Shown here: positions 40,031 through 55,720 of the stretch, one piece after another
How the letters are laid out: each line of letters begins with the position of its first letter
How positions within the stretch are numbered: the stretch's first letter is position 1
DNA from: Schmidtea polychroa
Lineage: Eukaryota
NCBI GenBank assembly: GCA_044892525.1
Contig: CM097885.1
Span: 25,918,001-25,982,000, forward strand
DNA length: 64,000 nt
Reading direction: 5' to 3'
Made by a program: the position numbers and the translations under genes
Notes under the pieces: model-generated
Told to the model about the DNA's origin: nothing
Database searches by the model: none
Seen by the model: only the letters and a program-made list of their open reading frames with translations

Positions 40031-43000
40031 ATGGAAAAATACTATGGCCAACCCCATAACCGTGTTATTTATTTTGTTTGCCCCATTTGTAATTCCACTG
40101 AAAAATTAAATTATTCTAACTTTTATGATCAACATAAAGATCATTTAAATCGATTTAATCTTTTAAAGAAAAAACAAATTTTTAAATTACCAATTAATTT
40201 TTCAATTAATAAAAGGAAATCTGATTTGCCTATAAGTAACCCTCGTCCATCTAAAATTAAAAATTTAAATAATAATGATCAAATTATTATTCTCTCGGAT
40301 TCTGAAGACGATGATGTAGTTTTAAATAATATGGTAACTCTTCCTGATTTTGAAAATGATGTGGATATAGATTTTCTATCTGACTCTCAAAATGGAGTTG
40401 ATATAATAACTCTTTCTGACTCTGATGCCGAAATAATTAATGATAGTACGATACAACATGGTGGATCATTAGAACCGGTTGTAAATTATGATTTACGTAA
40501 ATCACATGCCATAGTTAAAATGATGGTTGAAAATTTAAATTTAAATTCTTTAACCGTACCCACGCCCTTAATTAATAAATTTAATAACGTTACCAGAGAA
40601 ATGGGTTCTGTAAAGATTCAATTTTGTATAGAAGTGGAATTTGAAAAAGATGGAGAATTTCAATCTTTCGTCATTTCAAATTCTGCAAGACCCATGAGTG
40701 ATACCTTTTTAGATGAAGGTATTGCTATTCTCAATGAGAAAATTACTTTAATTAATGAAAAGGGAAGTAATTGGATTATTAATAAAGTTAAAGAAATACA
40801 TTTTGTTATTACAAAATTTTCTCAAATAAGTAGATTGAGTGGGAGGGGTTCTCTTCCAACTCCTAAATCATTATTAAATAAACATTGCGTAATAAATATT
40901 AACAATACGGATGATTTGTGTTTCATCTATAGCATTTTGGCTATTTTGAAATACGATGACGTTGATGGCAATCATAGAAATCGAATTAGTAATTATAATC
41001 TGTCTGATCTAGTCTTTGATCCTTCTGGCTTACCGATGCGTCTCTGTAATATACCTAAATTTGAAGATAAAAATCCAGGGCTTTCGATTAATGTTCTTGC
41101 ATACGATGAGGATGCTTTAGTGAATATTTTAAATAATTCTGAAGTATTAAAACATCCTTATGTTGACATCATACATAGATCGAAAGTTGTAGGCGGAAGA
41201 CCGATTAATTTAATTTTGTTGGAAAGCAGTGATTCTTTTCATTATATAAGAGTCACTAATCTTGATAGACTTTTAAAATGTCGTAATTCTACTGTTACTA
41301 GTACTCGAATTCAAAGTCTGTGGTGTAATCGCTGTTTAAATGGCTTCCGTACAATTGATTCTTTAGATAAACATAAAGGTTTATGTGAGAAAAATCAATT
41401 AGGAACAACTTTATATACTTTACCATTAAATAAGAATTTATATTTTAATGATTGGTCTAAAACAGTTACTCCCCCTTTTGTGGTTTACGCTGACTTTGAG
41501 GCTATCTTACCTACTGATAATAGATACTTTCAAAGGCACTTGCCGATTTCTGCAGGTCTTTTGCTAATAAATAATTTCACAGGGACTAAATTATATAAAA
41601 GTTTTTTAAGGTTAGATTGTATTGTTAGTTTCCTTAAAGAGATTGAAAAAATTGGTATGAAAACAGTTTTACCTTATTTTTATAAAAATTCGAAAAAGAA
41701 AATTATTTTTACAGATGCTGACCTTATTTCTTTTTCTTCCGCAGTTATGTGTTATCTTTGCAAGAAAACTTTAGTAAACCCGACTAAAGATCATGATCAC
41801 TTTACTGGTAAATATTTGGGAGCAGCTTGTTCAACTTGTTATAATTCTCGTCAAATAAGATATGAATTTCCAATTGTTTTCCATAACTTGCGAGGGTATG
41901 ATCTTCATCATATCCTCAAATACGGATTGAGTAGCTTTAAATCTTGGAATATTTCATGCATTCCAACGACAACTGAAAAGTTCTTAACATTATCTGCGAG
42001 AATAGGTGGTTTAAATATTAAATTTATCGTTTCCTGCCAATTTAATAATAGTTCGTTAAATGACGCTGTTAAAACTCTTACTAATTTACCGATAACATGA
42101 TCAGAATTTAAGGGAACCATTGTTAATAGTAAAGGAATTTTCCCATATAATTTTGTCACTAGTCTTAAAGTGCTTCGGTCAACTCCCCAATTACCACCAA
42201 TTTGGGATGGTGTTACTGAAGACGAATATTCTATGGCTGAAATTATATGGAGGGAAACCAACTGTAATAACCTTTGTGAATATATGATGGTCTATCTAAA
42301 ACTAGATGTCTTTCTTTTAGCTGACTTTTTCCAGCAGTTTCGAAATAAATCTTTAGCTCATAATCGTCTTGAACCTTTAAACTTCTTGGGCATTCCCGGT
42401 ATGTCTTGGAATTCAGCTCTGATGACTTTAGACGAACCCATCGAGTTGATTCAAGACATGGAGATGTTTAATTTCTTTGAGGGTGGTATAAGAGGGGGGT
42501 TGACATTTGTAAACAAACATTATGTTAATACAAATGAAAATACTGAACTTCTATATATCGATATTAATAATTTGTACGGCTGGGCTCTTAGCCAAAAACT
42601 ACCTAGGGGTGAATTTTCTTGGGTGACGGATGAGCCTGAATTAATTAATTTATTAAAAGACTGTGAATCTATTGATCTAGATTCACTTTCATATGGGTAT
42701 ACTATGGAAGTGGATCTAGATATTCCAACATCTATTCACGATAAACTTAATGATTTTCCGGTTGCAGCTGAAAAAATGTGTGCTCCAGGATCTAAAGTGG
42801 AGAAGTTGATGCTTACACATTTACCCAAGAAGAACTATGTTCTTCATTGGAAACTTCTACAACTTTATCTTTCTCTTGGAGTAAAAGTTACTCAAATTCA
42901 CAGGGCTATCAAATTTCATCAGTCTACTATATTCAAAAATTACATTGACACAAACACCCAACTTCGAGCTGTGTCAACAAATACTCTTGATAAAAACTAT

Positions 43001-43921
43001 TTTAAGCTTCTTAACAATAGTTTATATGGAAAGACAGTCGAAAATTTGAAGAAACGATTGAACTTGAGATTGTGTAACTCAGCTTCTAAACTGATTACTT
43101 ATTCCTCTAAACCCACATTTAAAAAGACTTATAAAATAGATCATGACTTAATAGCCGTTCTATTAAATAAGGATTCTGTGTGTTTGGATAGACCTAGTTA
43201 CATTGGTCAATCTGTGCTGGATCTATCCAAATTACGTATGTATCAGTTGCAATATATTGATTTACAAAAATATCGAGATGATTTTAGCTGTGAAATCAAT
43301 ATTATTGCAGGTGACACTGATTCCTTCTTTTTAGAGGTTAAAGGATGCAAAATAGATGTGCTTTTACCAGCTATGGTAAGAGATAACATGCTGGATACAT
43401 CGAATTATGATTCATCTCATGAATTATATTCAAGAGCTCTTGATTCCGTCATTGGTAAATTCAAAGATGAAAATAAAGGGGGTAGATATAAGGAATGGGT
43501 GTTTTTAAGGCCTAAATGCTATAGCCTTTTGGGTGATAAAGAGAGCAACAAGGCTAAGGGAATAACATTGAAGGGTACCGACTTAAAACATCAATCGTAC
43601 CTTGATTGTTATCATAATAATTCGATGATTTCAGTACCACAATCTCGAATAGTAAGTAAAAATCATCAGTTATTTACAATAAAAAATATAAAATTAGCTC
43701 TAACTAATAATGATGATAAGAGGCATTGGGTAAATAAAAATGAAAGTGTAGCATATGGTCATTATAAAATAGTTAACACGGTTATGGGTCATAGTAACAA
43801 TGCTGAAGTTAGTGATCCGGACGAAGAAAATGATCAATACGTTCAACCATATTTCCCAAATGATGATTATGGTCACCCACACTTTCCATATGAAAGGGAA
43901 CATCAATATGTTCTTGAATAA
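40031..43921 (+). pseudogene. Protein-primed DNA polymerase B, one in-frame TGA at 42098-42100
   Basis: Exo motifs YADFE and FHNLRGYD; DHDHFTG zinc module; YIDINNLYG, KLLNNSLYGK, GDTDS, PKCY. Confidence 0.95.
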
Positions 43922-43976
43922 ATTTTGTATTGAAATAAAATTTATTTAACATAATTATTGTTTTAGTTCTTATTTG

Positions 43977-44934
<958 letters not shown>

Positions 44935-45340
44935 AATAATTTAATAGCAAATTGTTCATCATCACTTCCACCAAGATTTTCATTCATAAAAAAACTTGGA
45001 TTTGCTTTGCTATCGGCTTTCGGGTCCAGCTATGTTTTTGAGCAAATATTTTCACAACTTAAATTTGTTTTTAACTCAATGAGGAACAGATTGACGTTGG
45101 AAAATTCAGATGCCTCTATCAGATTAAAAACAACAACATACCAACCTAAGGAATTTCAACATCCAGGAAATCATTAATTATTAAACTTTCCTTTCAATAT
45201 TATTAATAAAAAATTTAATTTAATAAAAAATGAGTTAATTTTTTACCCAGTTGCACAATAGAGAATCGAAAGTATTGTAATTTACCCGCTCTCAAAAAAT
45301 GTTGCCTATCAATGATTTAGGCTATATAAGGTTTGAAATA

Positions 45341-46002
45341 CACTCATACCTCGCTATACTACTGCTCTTTATACGGATTTTCGCTATAACGGCCTACTTT
45401 AATTACGGCACTTTTTCGATTTACGGCCTAAAATGTTTCGTTATACGGCCAAAAAAGTGTGAAAAAAAGCGCTAACGTTTTTTGCGGAATTAACTCAGCG
45501 ATTAACTGTTATGTAGAACTGCAAAAAGAAGCAAGAACCAAGGCAAGACAAACAACGTTGAATAAATTTCTTAAAAAATCATCTAAATCTACAACAGCGG
45601 AAAATGATGATGATATTATATTGCAGCTTACCGATTCTTCATGTTCGTCTTCAGATTAGAACTCTGTCTTTAAAAATTTTAATTTATGTATTTTATTATG
45701 TATCAATTTATTAATTTCGATTTTATTATTGAATTTGTATTTGTTTTTTTTTTATTTCAGTTTATTGTTATATATAATATGTACTTGTTATTTATTTTTA
45801 TTTTATATGTAAGCATTTTTAAATGAAATAAAAAGAAAAAAACGCATTTTAAACTAAAAACTACGTTATTTTATAAAAAATTGGAACCAATCCTATTGAA
45901 TTTATATGGAATTGTATCAAAATATTTGATTCGTTATGCGGCGTTTCGCTTTGCGGCCAACTTTCCTGGAACGTATCTAGGACGTAAAGCGAGTTATGAG
46001 TG
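45341..46002 (+). mobile_element. pogo/Tigger-like non-autonomous element
   Basis: TIRs CACTCATACCTCGCTATAC / GTAAAGCGAGTTATGAGTG flanked by TA; C-terminal remnant RQTTLNKFLKK. Confidence 0.75.
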
Positions 46003-46791
46003 TATATAAAAATTGGAATTTTAATACCTTTTTCAATATATATGACAATATATTGATTAATATGTCATTCGATAGATATCATTGTCCACTTTTATCTGAT
46101 ACATAAATTCTTATTTTAGAACACATTCTTAAAATTGGCGCGGGAGGTTAATTCTGAGTTAGACAGCTCACCTCTATTTACTGACAATTGTGCTATTATT
46201 CTAATAAGCCCTGTAATATTGGATCATAATTTGGTGCTGCAATTATTATTCATCAGATTTGTAAAATCGCAATATCAATTTTAATTTTAATTTTTAACTT
46301 AATTTGTGGTAATTGGCATTAATAAGGTGAGGGCTTCTTTGGTATATTCAGATGAGGTGGGGTTGACTAAGTGATAACTTTTAGCTCATTTAAACAATTT
46401 TAGAGGTTGAATACTCAAAAATTGATATGTATAAAAAAGTAAAAATTGTAACAAAATTCTGTGAAAAAACAGCCCTTATATGAATAGATATGCAGGAAAA
46501 CTATTTTAGCTCAGTGCAAAGTCGAAAACAATTAAGTAAATTCCGGTTTGTTTAGATTAGATTTTGTAAATAATCATATTTTCATACCGAATTTAGTCAT
46601 TTTCATCACTATCGATTTTTTCAGATAATTTCGTTACCTATATTAGATTCTGTGAAAAAAAATACATTCTGTATAAAATATATCTAGATATTCATGTCAA
46701 CGAGCAATTATAAGACCTTTGATCAGTAACTAAACAACCTAATCATGCCATTTCGAACTTCGGATTGCAACATTTCATTATAAATAAATAA

Positions 46792-47964
<1,173 letters not shown>

Positions 47965-48199
47965 ACAAAAATATTTTTAATTTAAATAATATGATTAATT
48001 AATAGACAATTATTAATTTTATTTTTTTTGTATGTGCAAAAAATACAATGAATTCAACTTTTGGAATAAATGTTGACAATGGTTTTTATTATTTTATCAT
48101 AAATAATTATAATTATTTAAATTATAAAAATATAAAAAAGTATCAAAAATTATTCACATTTAATTCCATTTAAAAATTATTTTTCAGTAAAATATTTTT

Positions 48200-50477
48200 A
48201 TATTTTCATCACTGATATATTTTCAATTTCCTTTATCTTCATTTGTTTTTATATAATCAAACGATATTTCATGTTAAATGTAAAACAAAATATTGATCAA
48301 TAGTCTAATATTTATAAAGACAACGGAAGAATTTCCATAAATTAAATATAGCCGTTGTCACTAAATTAATTAGGACTGAATATTTACAATGGTCCAGATA
48401 ATATAATTCATCTAGATAATATAACGTAAATTATTATTATTATTAGGAAAAGTTAATTATTCAATGTCTAAAATAACTATAAATATTTAAAATTGTAAAT
48501 ATCGCATAATTATAAATTTTAGTATAGGGGCCCATCGAAGATTGACAAAAACTGAACCCTTACATTAGGTGTACAAGAACATTACAAGAGTAAATTACTA
48601 TAATTTATTTTGTATAACTCATGCGTTATGTGAAATATTACATTTCTGCAGCTTTTAATAGTAAAAGATTCTACAAATATTTTATTAAAGAAAATTGATT
48701 TGTAAATAGAAATGAATGTTCAACGTTTTTATTAAAAGTGACCCTCGGTGAGGATCGCAATAAACAATAAAAAACTGTTATTAAATAATTATAAGATTAG
48801 TTAAAACAAACTGGGTAAACAAATGGAACATAAAATAAACATTTTTTATGTGGAATCTTTCATATTTCGAATGGTTCCTAATTGTACAAAGGTGATAATT
48901 ATCGACATTATTAGTAATTATTAATCTTTCGTTTCCGAACGGTGTATAAAGATTATATTGCTACAACGGATGTTATTTAAAAATACTGATAAGCGATACT
49001 ATAAAAAGGAACGTACAGAAAGTAATGTACATACTTTTTTCTCAATATTTTCTGATTCTTATTATTTACAAGAGATAATAGAGTTTTCTTGCGATTTTTC
49101 AAAACAAGTTTATATATTTACTGATTCTCATTTTCCATTTCATAACTTTAACTAAAATATCCAGTAAATCATCAATAACGAAATTAGGGAATTCTTGTAA
49201 AATATTCATTCTTTTCATGTTCGGAGCTTTCAGAAATGTACTAAAAAATGGGAAACTTCGGTGATAATTGACCGTTTTAACAGATTTGGCATGTTTTTGA
49301 CCGTTTTTGGTTTTAAATTATGTGAAATGAAATTTGAGGTTGGAAAGTCTTTGATAATATGTTTTTTGAAGGAGTATAACTGGTTTTGGGAAGAATTGAG
49401 TTTTTTTTTCAATATTCTTTTAAGTTTTCTCAAGTTGGATTTTGATATTGTCAACTTTGTTTTAACTTGCGCTTTTGAAAACATGGTAACTTATTTAGTC
49501 TATTTCAGTTTTCTTTAAAAACCATGACTCCTTCGCTGTTTAAAATATTTGTTCTAACTCTTAATTCATCTGGTTATTTTTGAGTGAAATTGAGAAAAAT
49601 ATAGCCATGTGGGTTATTATTTGCATCTAAAAATACACTGATTAGAAAATTTCTATTATTTGAATATGCTTGTCTTAAAAGAAAATCAATCACAGTAGTA
49701 TCCCTCAGATTTTTGAAGATTACTAAATATTGTACATTCAAATTACGAGTTTTTTTATTACCGCTTTGATGAAAAAAATTTTGAGTTATAAAAATCACAA
49801 TGACACCACCATGCTTACTAATCTTTGTGAATAAATTATTGAAATCCTTTCTTTTATTAGTTTATTGATATAAAACATCAATTCGAGTAACTTTAATTTT
49901 AATAACTTCCGAATAAATACAGTTTTTCCACTACCTCTAAAACCAACAATTTGATAAACAGTATCATGTCTTAATTCCATTCTCAAATATAAATTAATTA
50001 GTATTGTTTATATTAATCACTCGAATGAACTCTTATATCAAAGAAATCAGTTATAAAATTTTTCTAAACATGTTATCAAATATAAATTATATATGAAAGA
50101 CTGATGTGAGCAATATGATATTCCCTCCTGAAAAGCTTCAGCAAATTGTTGACTAAAGTGGAAAATACCCTATTATATTTTTCAAATATGGAAAATGTAG
50201 AATAATGGAGTGTAAAGAACGTCTAAGTGAGTTGAATGGAATCACGGATATTTTCATCACTGATATATTTTCAATTTCCTTTATCTTCATTTGTTTTTAT
50301 ATAATCAAACGATATTTCATGTTAAATGTAAAACAAAATATTGATCAATAGTCTAATATTTATAAAGACAACGGAAGAATTTCCATAGATTAAATATAGC
50401 CGTTGTCACTAAATTAATTAGGACTGAATATTTACAATGGTCCAGATAATATAATTCATCTAGATAATATAACGTAA

Positions 50478-50517
<40 letters not shown>

Positions 50518-50659
50518 GGAAAAGTTAATTATTCAATGATTTAAATGACTATAAATATTTAAAATTGTAAATATCGTAGAATTATAAATTTTAGTATAGG
50601 GGCCCATCGAAGATTGACAACAACTGAACCCTTACATTTGGTGTACAAGAACATTACAA
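48200..50659 (+). repeat. Near-identical ~400-bp direct repeats (48200-48587 and 50248-50659)
   Basis: Same sequence apart from a few substitutions and (ATT)n length. Confidence 0.9.
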
Positions 50660-51824
50660 TGCACTACTGTAGATTTAATTTTGCTTAGCTATGGTTATAC
50701 TATAGAAGTAGATTTAGAAATACGGCATCTGTTCACGACTTACTGAATGATTTGCCAGTAGCCACTGAAAAGATGTGTGCACTGGGTTCGAAGGTGTAAA
50801 AGTTGCTTTTAACGCATTATTCAAAAAAGAATTATGTTCTTAATTGGTGACTTTTGCAGATGTGTTTGAAATTAGGTGTAGTTGGATCGAAAATACACCG
50901 TGCTATAAAATTTTCTCAAAACACACTTTTTAAGAAATATGTAGACATAAACACAGTTTTGAGAGCTTCTTCCACCACTAAGCTCGATAAAAACTACTTT
51001 AAATTATTAAACAACCGTCTTTACGGAAAGACTATTGAAAATTTAAAGAAAAGAATAAATTTAAGGTTATGCAATTCATCTAAAGCTTTCATCGCATATT
51101 GCACTAGTCATCATCGTCGACGCTCTCAAGATTAATAATAAATGGATTACGAATCCATGCAGCTGGTTTCAACTCTTCTACTACAAAATAATTTTGAAAC
51201 GAATTTTCAAGGGTGGTCAAATGTTCAAATGGTCATTTTTTCTTGAATGTTTGTACTTGCTAGGAGTAGCTCGTCTAGATTTATGAAGTTTGCATAATTA
51301 TTATTTTCAAACCGCCTTTTCCAAAGGAGTATCTTTTCTATAAATGATCTCAATTTTTCTCCGGCATCCATAAGTGTCATATTAAGTCCCTGAATAGAAT
51401 GATTTAAGTAATTTAAATGAGAAAAGATGTCTGCCAAGTAGGTGAGACCCATCACGAATTGGGTTTTCTGAAAGGTTTCATAGAGAACACTCTTTTTTTT
51501 TAGATATATAGAAACTTCCACTCGAAGTTCATGCATTCGAGATAAAACTAGCCCCGGGTTAAAAGCATCAAATTATTAGATAAATATCGTAATGAGTTTA
51601 ATTGTAAGATCAATATTGTAGCTGGGGATACTGATTCCTTCATTTTCGAAATAATAAATGTTAAGCTTTCTGTTATAACAACATTAAAATTTACACAGTT
51701 CCGCAGTTCAGAATAACAAGCAAAATTCACCAATTATATAGTATTAAAAATTATAAAACAGCACTCAATTGCAACGATGACAAACGCAATTGGGTAGCGA
51801 AAAACAAAAGTTATGCATATGGAC
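49100..51824. mobile_element. Polinton remnant: core and ATPase (-), TBP-like N-terminus (+, from 50070), pPolB C-terminal fragments (+)
   Basis: ORFs 49230-49986; MLSNINY..SGKYPIIFFKYGKCRIM; KLLNNRLYGK, AGDTDS and DDKR..AYG. Confidence 0.85.
51110..51550 (-). pseudogene. hAT (Buster/ZBED5-like) transposase fragment inside the pPolB remnant
   Basis: LTYLADIFSHLNYLNHSIQG..KILLWK; no TIRs seen. Confidence 0.75.
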
Positions 51825-54738
51825 TAGAGTTTGCAAAAAAACCGGTTTTTGCAAACCGCGGTTTTCGGTTTTTCAAATTTGAGAAACCGCGGTTTTCGGT
51901 TCGGTTTTCGGTTCGGTTTTCGGTTTCTAAAAAAGTAAAAGGAAATAAAAAGGCATAAGTATATTTATTGCTTTTTCAATAATATATTTCTATTTAAAAG
52001 TATAATGTATTTCATACAAGAAATATATATAATAAAATCATAGCTGCAACATATAAAATAGTAATAATGTTGTTTAATAAATAATATAACAATATTCCTA
52101 TTCTGTCGACAATGCAGATATGAATTTCTAATTCACTTACATTGTTCACAGAGAATATAAAATAACACAGATAATTAATAGTATTTTGTTTATACATATA
52201 CTATAGTTCAGTAATATTAGTATATGTATGTAATCGTACATTTGTACAACTAATATAAATAAAAATTAAAATAAATAAAATAGAAAATTTCATTTAGCTG
52301 TTATTGGAATACAATAATCAAAATTATATTGCATTATTGCAGATTTTTGTTATTTAGTTAATTAAGAACTATTATTTATTCGATAATGTTTCAAAAATAC
52401 TAAAGAATTAAGCGAATAATCACTAAGGCGTGATCTTAATTTTCTACTAAAGTTCGAAGACGTGGAAAATACCCGCTCCGATTCTGTAGACGTTGGGCGT
52501 ACTGTTAAAATAGCATCGTATAGTTGTTGAAGAACTGTTGTTCTTTTGCCTGTTTTCTTATATATAGCAAATTCATCTTTAGGAGAACTAAATGGCTTTG
52601 CAGCTACTTCTTTTGCAGCAGAATTAATAGCAGCATTTATTTCATCTGATAAAGATGTAAATGTAATATTCTGATCAGTTGGAGAATTGGTTTCACACAG
52701 AAATTCTTCACAATTATCGATTTGGTTTGGATACAACCTATTCAATAAACGAGTGCCAAAACTTAAATTTTCTTTTGTGGGTACAACTTGTTGAAGAAGG
52801 CATGACAACAAAGAACTCAATTCCCGATTCTGTCTTGAATTTAAGCGTGTTTTTATATTTTCTCGTAATTGGGTTATAATTATGTATGTATCTCCCGCAC
52901 AATTCGATTCGATACCATCGAGCTTCTTTAACAGAAATATAATTGCACCTTTTGCTGTTGTTAGATTAGCATCTTTTCTTCCTAATGCAAGTACAGTTAG
53001 TTCTAGTGGGTTCAATATACTACACAACAGCTTAACTACATCAAAGTCTATCAATGAAATTAAATTTGTGGCGTTTAAATCATTTAACACTTCCCTTATC
53101 GATTCGCTAATTTTTAGAAATTTTTCTAGCATGGGATGGATAGAGTTCCATCTGTGTTGAACATCTAATTCTAAATAAAGTTCATGACCTAGCTTATCCA
53201 TAACGTTTTTTTGCAAAAGATCATTACGGACTGAGGAAAATTTAAAAAAGCGAACGATAGCTCGTACTTTTTTTAGAGTTTCAGTTATTGAAATTCTCTC
53301 TCTAACTTCTTCAATGGTATTATCTTCGCTCAAAATAAAATCACAACTATCGCTACTAAATTCGTTTTCAGTATTATCATCGTCCTCAGTATAGGATTCT
53401 TGATTTTTTTCACTATTTTGATTATCGTCAATTTTGGAGTAAAATGTGTCGCACACTGCAAGGTGAAGACCATGATTCAAGCATAATTGGACTTCTGCTG
53501 GACATTCTCTTGCATATTTCACCATGACACTAGCCCCGTCATTGGACGTTGCAACAATGTCTTGCTCAAACGAAAGATGAAACATTTTTAAATGGTCAGA
53601 CATAGTTGATATAATCTTGGCTGCGCTACAAGATCCAAAAATCCTGACTAATCCAAGATTCATTACTTTTCCTTCTTTATTATGGGCATTGATGTTCATA
53701 TAATGACGCTGTCGTGAGCTAACCCATTCGTCCAAAGTGATACTAAATTTCTCTCCCTTTTGTTTTTCTTGGTCAAAAAAGTTTATATACATTTTTTTCT
53801 TTTTCTCATATTCAAAATGAATAAGCGCCATTGTCCAATTTTCGCTTTTTGGTAATTGAAACCCCTTATCACTAACAGCCTTTCGAATAAAATTAGAATT
53901 TGTTATTCCACGAATAGTAAAACCATCTTTTGTGGCCAACTCGTCCACAATCTCACCAAGTGTTAGCTTTGGAACATAATTGAAAATTGTTTTTTGTATT
54001 AACGCACTTGTGCTCGCAACAGCTGTTCTTTTGCAAGAAATTTTGTGGATATTTCGCATGTGGTTTATCATATCAGAAGTCGATCCGTTCGAATTAGTTA
54101 TTTCTACTCCACATTTATTACATTTTGCTTTATTGTCGGATATATTTGATGCTGGTATTTTTATAAAATATTCCCAAACCGTTGATGACATCATTTGAGC
54201 GTTTGTTTGGCCACTGAAAGTGTTTCAAAAATTTGTTTAGTAATACAAATCTACGTATTATCTTAAAAGAATTATATAAGTACATATTCAAAATTTTAAT
54301 TACCTACTCACCTATAGTTTTAAAACAATATATAATACGTATAAACAACCTATAATTTACATCAAATCATTCAATAAATTCAACAAGAATCAAAATAGTT
54401 ATCCAATTATACAATCCAAGAAAGTAAATTAATGAATTATAAATTTTAATTTGTAATCAATTTTAAAGTTTTTACAAATTTATTTGACAGCTATAATTTT
54501 ATAGTGGGCATGGATTCTGACTGGTGGGCATGGATTCCGACTTACTATAAAGTATGAAAAATTGTATACAATCAGGCAAAATTAATATTTTGAGAGAATT
54601 TTTTTATTTTACGTAGCTTTAAATGAAATATTTTTTGAAAACCGAAAACCGCGGTTTCTGCAGACGGTTTCCGGTTACGGTTTTTTGAGACAAAAACCGC
54701 AGTTTCGGTTTCCGGTTAACCGAACCGTGCAAACTCTA
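51825..54738 (-). mobile_element. Complete hAT (Ac-like) transposon, 2,914 bp
   Basis: Perfect TIRs TAGAGTTTGCA / TGCAAACTCTA, exact 8-bp TSD ATATGGAC, subterminal AACCG/CGGTT arrays. Confidence 0.96.
52362..54194 (-). CDS. hAT transposase with BED zinc finger (610 aa, uninterrupted)
   Basis: VWEYF..CNKC..HMRNIH, LDEW, DGA, CLNH, RWNS and SERVFS motifs. Confidence 0.93.
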   Translation of the reverse strand: MMSSTVWEYFIKIPASNISDNKAKCNKCGVEITNSNGSTSDMINHMRNIHKISCKRTAVASTSALIQKTIFNYVPKLTLGEIVDELATKDGFTIRGITNSNFIRKAVSDKGFQLPKSENWTMALIHFEYEKKKKMYINFFDQEKQKGEKFSITLDEWVSSRQRHYMNINAHNKEGKVMNLGLVRIFGSCSAAKIISTMSDHLKMFHLSFEQDIVATSNDGASVMVKYARECPAEVQLCLNHGLHLAVCDTFYSKIDDNQNSEKNQESYTEDDDNTENEFSSDSCDFILSEDNTIEEVRERISITETLKKVRAIVRFFKFSSVRNDLLQKNVMDKLGHELYLELDVQHRWNSIHPMLEKFLKISESIREVLNDLNATNLISLIDFDVVKLLCSILNPLELTVLALGRKDANLTTAKGAIIFLLKKLDGIESNCAGDTYIIITQLRENIKTRLNSRQNRELSSLLSCLLQQVVPTKENLSFGTRLLNRLYPNQIDNCEEFLCETNSPTDQNITFTSLSDEINAAINSAAKEVAAKPFSSPKDEFAIYKKTGKRTTVLQQLYDAILTVRPTSTESERVFSTSSNFSRKLRSRLSDYSLNSLVFLKHYRINNSS

Positions 54739-54811
54739 ATATGGACACTATTGGGAGGGGGCTGGAAATGAAAGATCAATCATCCAAATCATAGAAATAA
54801 ATATCAGGTAA

Positions 54812-54890
<79 letters not shown>

Positions 54891-54999
54891 ATTGATATTA
54901 TTATTATTATTATCATTGTTATTATTATTATTATTAATAATCAAAAAACGAAGTCCAAGTTTTTATAATAGAAAATCGCCAACAAAGTATATTAAAATA

Positions 55000-55720
55000 T
55001 AACATTGCTATATATTTCGACCGTTTAACAATCTTCTTCAGGCTAGGAATCGAATTAATCACAACTAAATGAACATAATAATATTCAAACAAATTAATAA
55101 CTAATAATCGTATTAATACTGTATCATAAAATAATTTTAAAAAAACATTTTTTTAATCATACAAAAATCAATATAATTTTAAAAACACGCAAAATTGTTA
55201 AAATTGTCATATAAAATAATTTTGTTTGTAAAATTAATATCAAAAATTAATCTAGATTTAAAATTAAAAATTAAAAATTTACAAAAAATTTAACAAACAA
55301 TATCATCCAAATATTCAATATACAAGTTCAATTATTTAAAAACATTCGAAATCCCTATATACGGGTTACTTTGAATATTAATTAAATGATACAACGATCT
55401 AATTAACAACACCTCGCACGTTAATCGTTCCCAGTAATTGCTCAAACTCCTCGATGTTTTTACTGGTACACTTCTTAAAATGATCACTAATATGGGTCGA
55501 TCCATTCCATCGGCAATGTTCAAGAGTGCAGAGATGACGGACAATCTCTCCACCTATTACATGAAAATTGATACAAGAGTTCTGAACACAGAAACAATCC
55601 TAAAAATAGTCTATCTACATGTTTAACGATCTTATTCAAGCATTTTAAGATTTGAAGATATTGTCGAAGAGTTAATTACTAAGAACGTACATCCTAACTT
55701 TTACTAAAATCATTATTTTA
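55000..55720 (-). mobile_element. Probable Penelope-like retroelement remnant (GIY-YIG end)
   Basis: LLYQFSCN and RLTCEVLLIRSLYHLINIQ resemble the termini of GIY-YIG domains; heavily decayed. Confidence 0.45.

Noticed and set aside
33660..42100. Single in-frame TGA in ATPase, hexon and pPolB suggesting stop-codon reassignment
   Set aside because: The intact ATPase has GGC (Gly) at this position, the other two sites give no sign of the same residue, and TGA ends genes normally (e.g. both ATPases). Point mutation is simpler.
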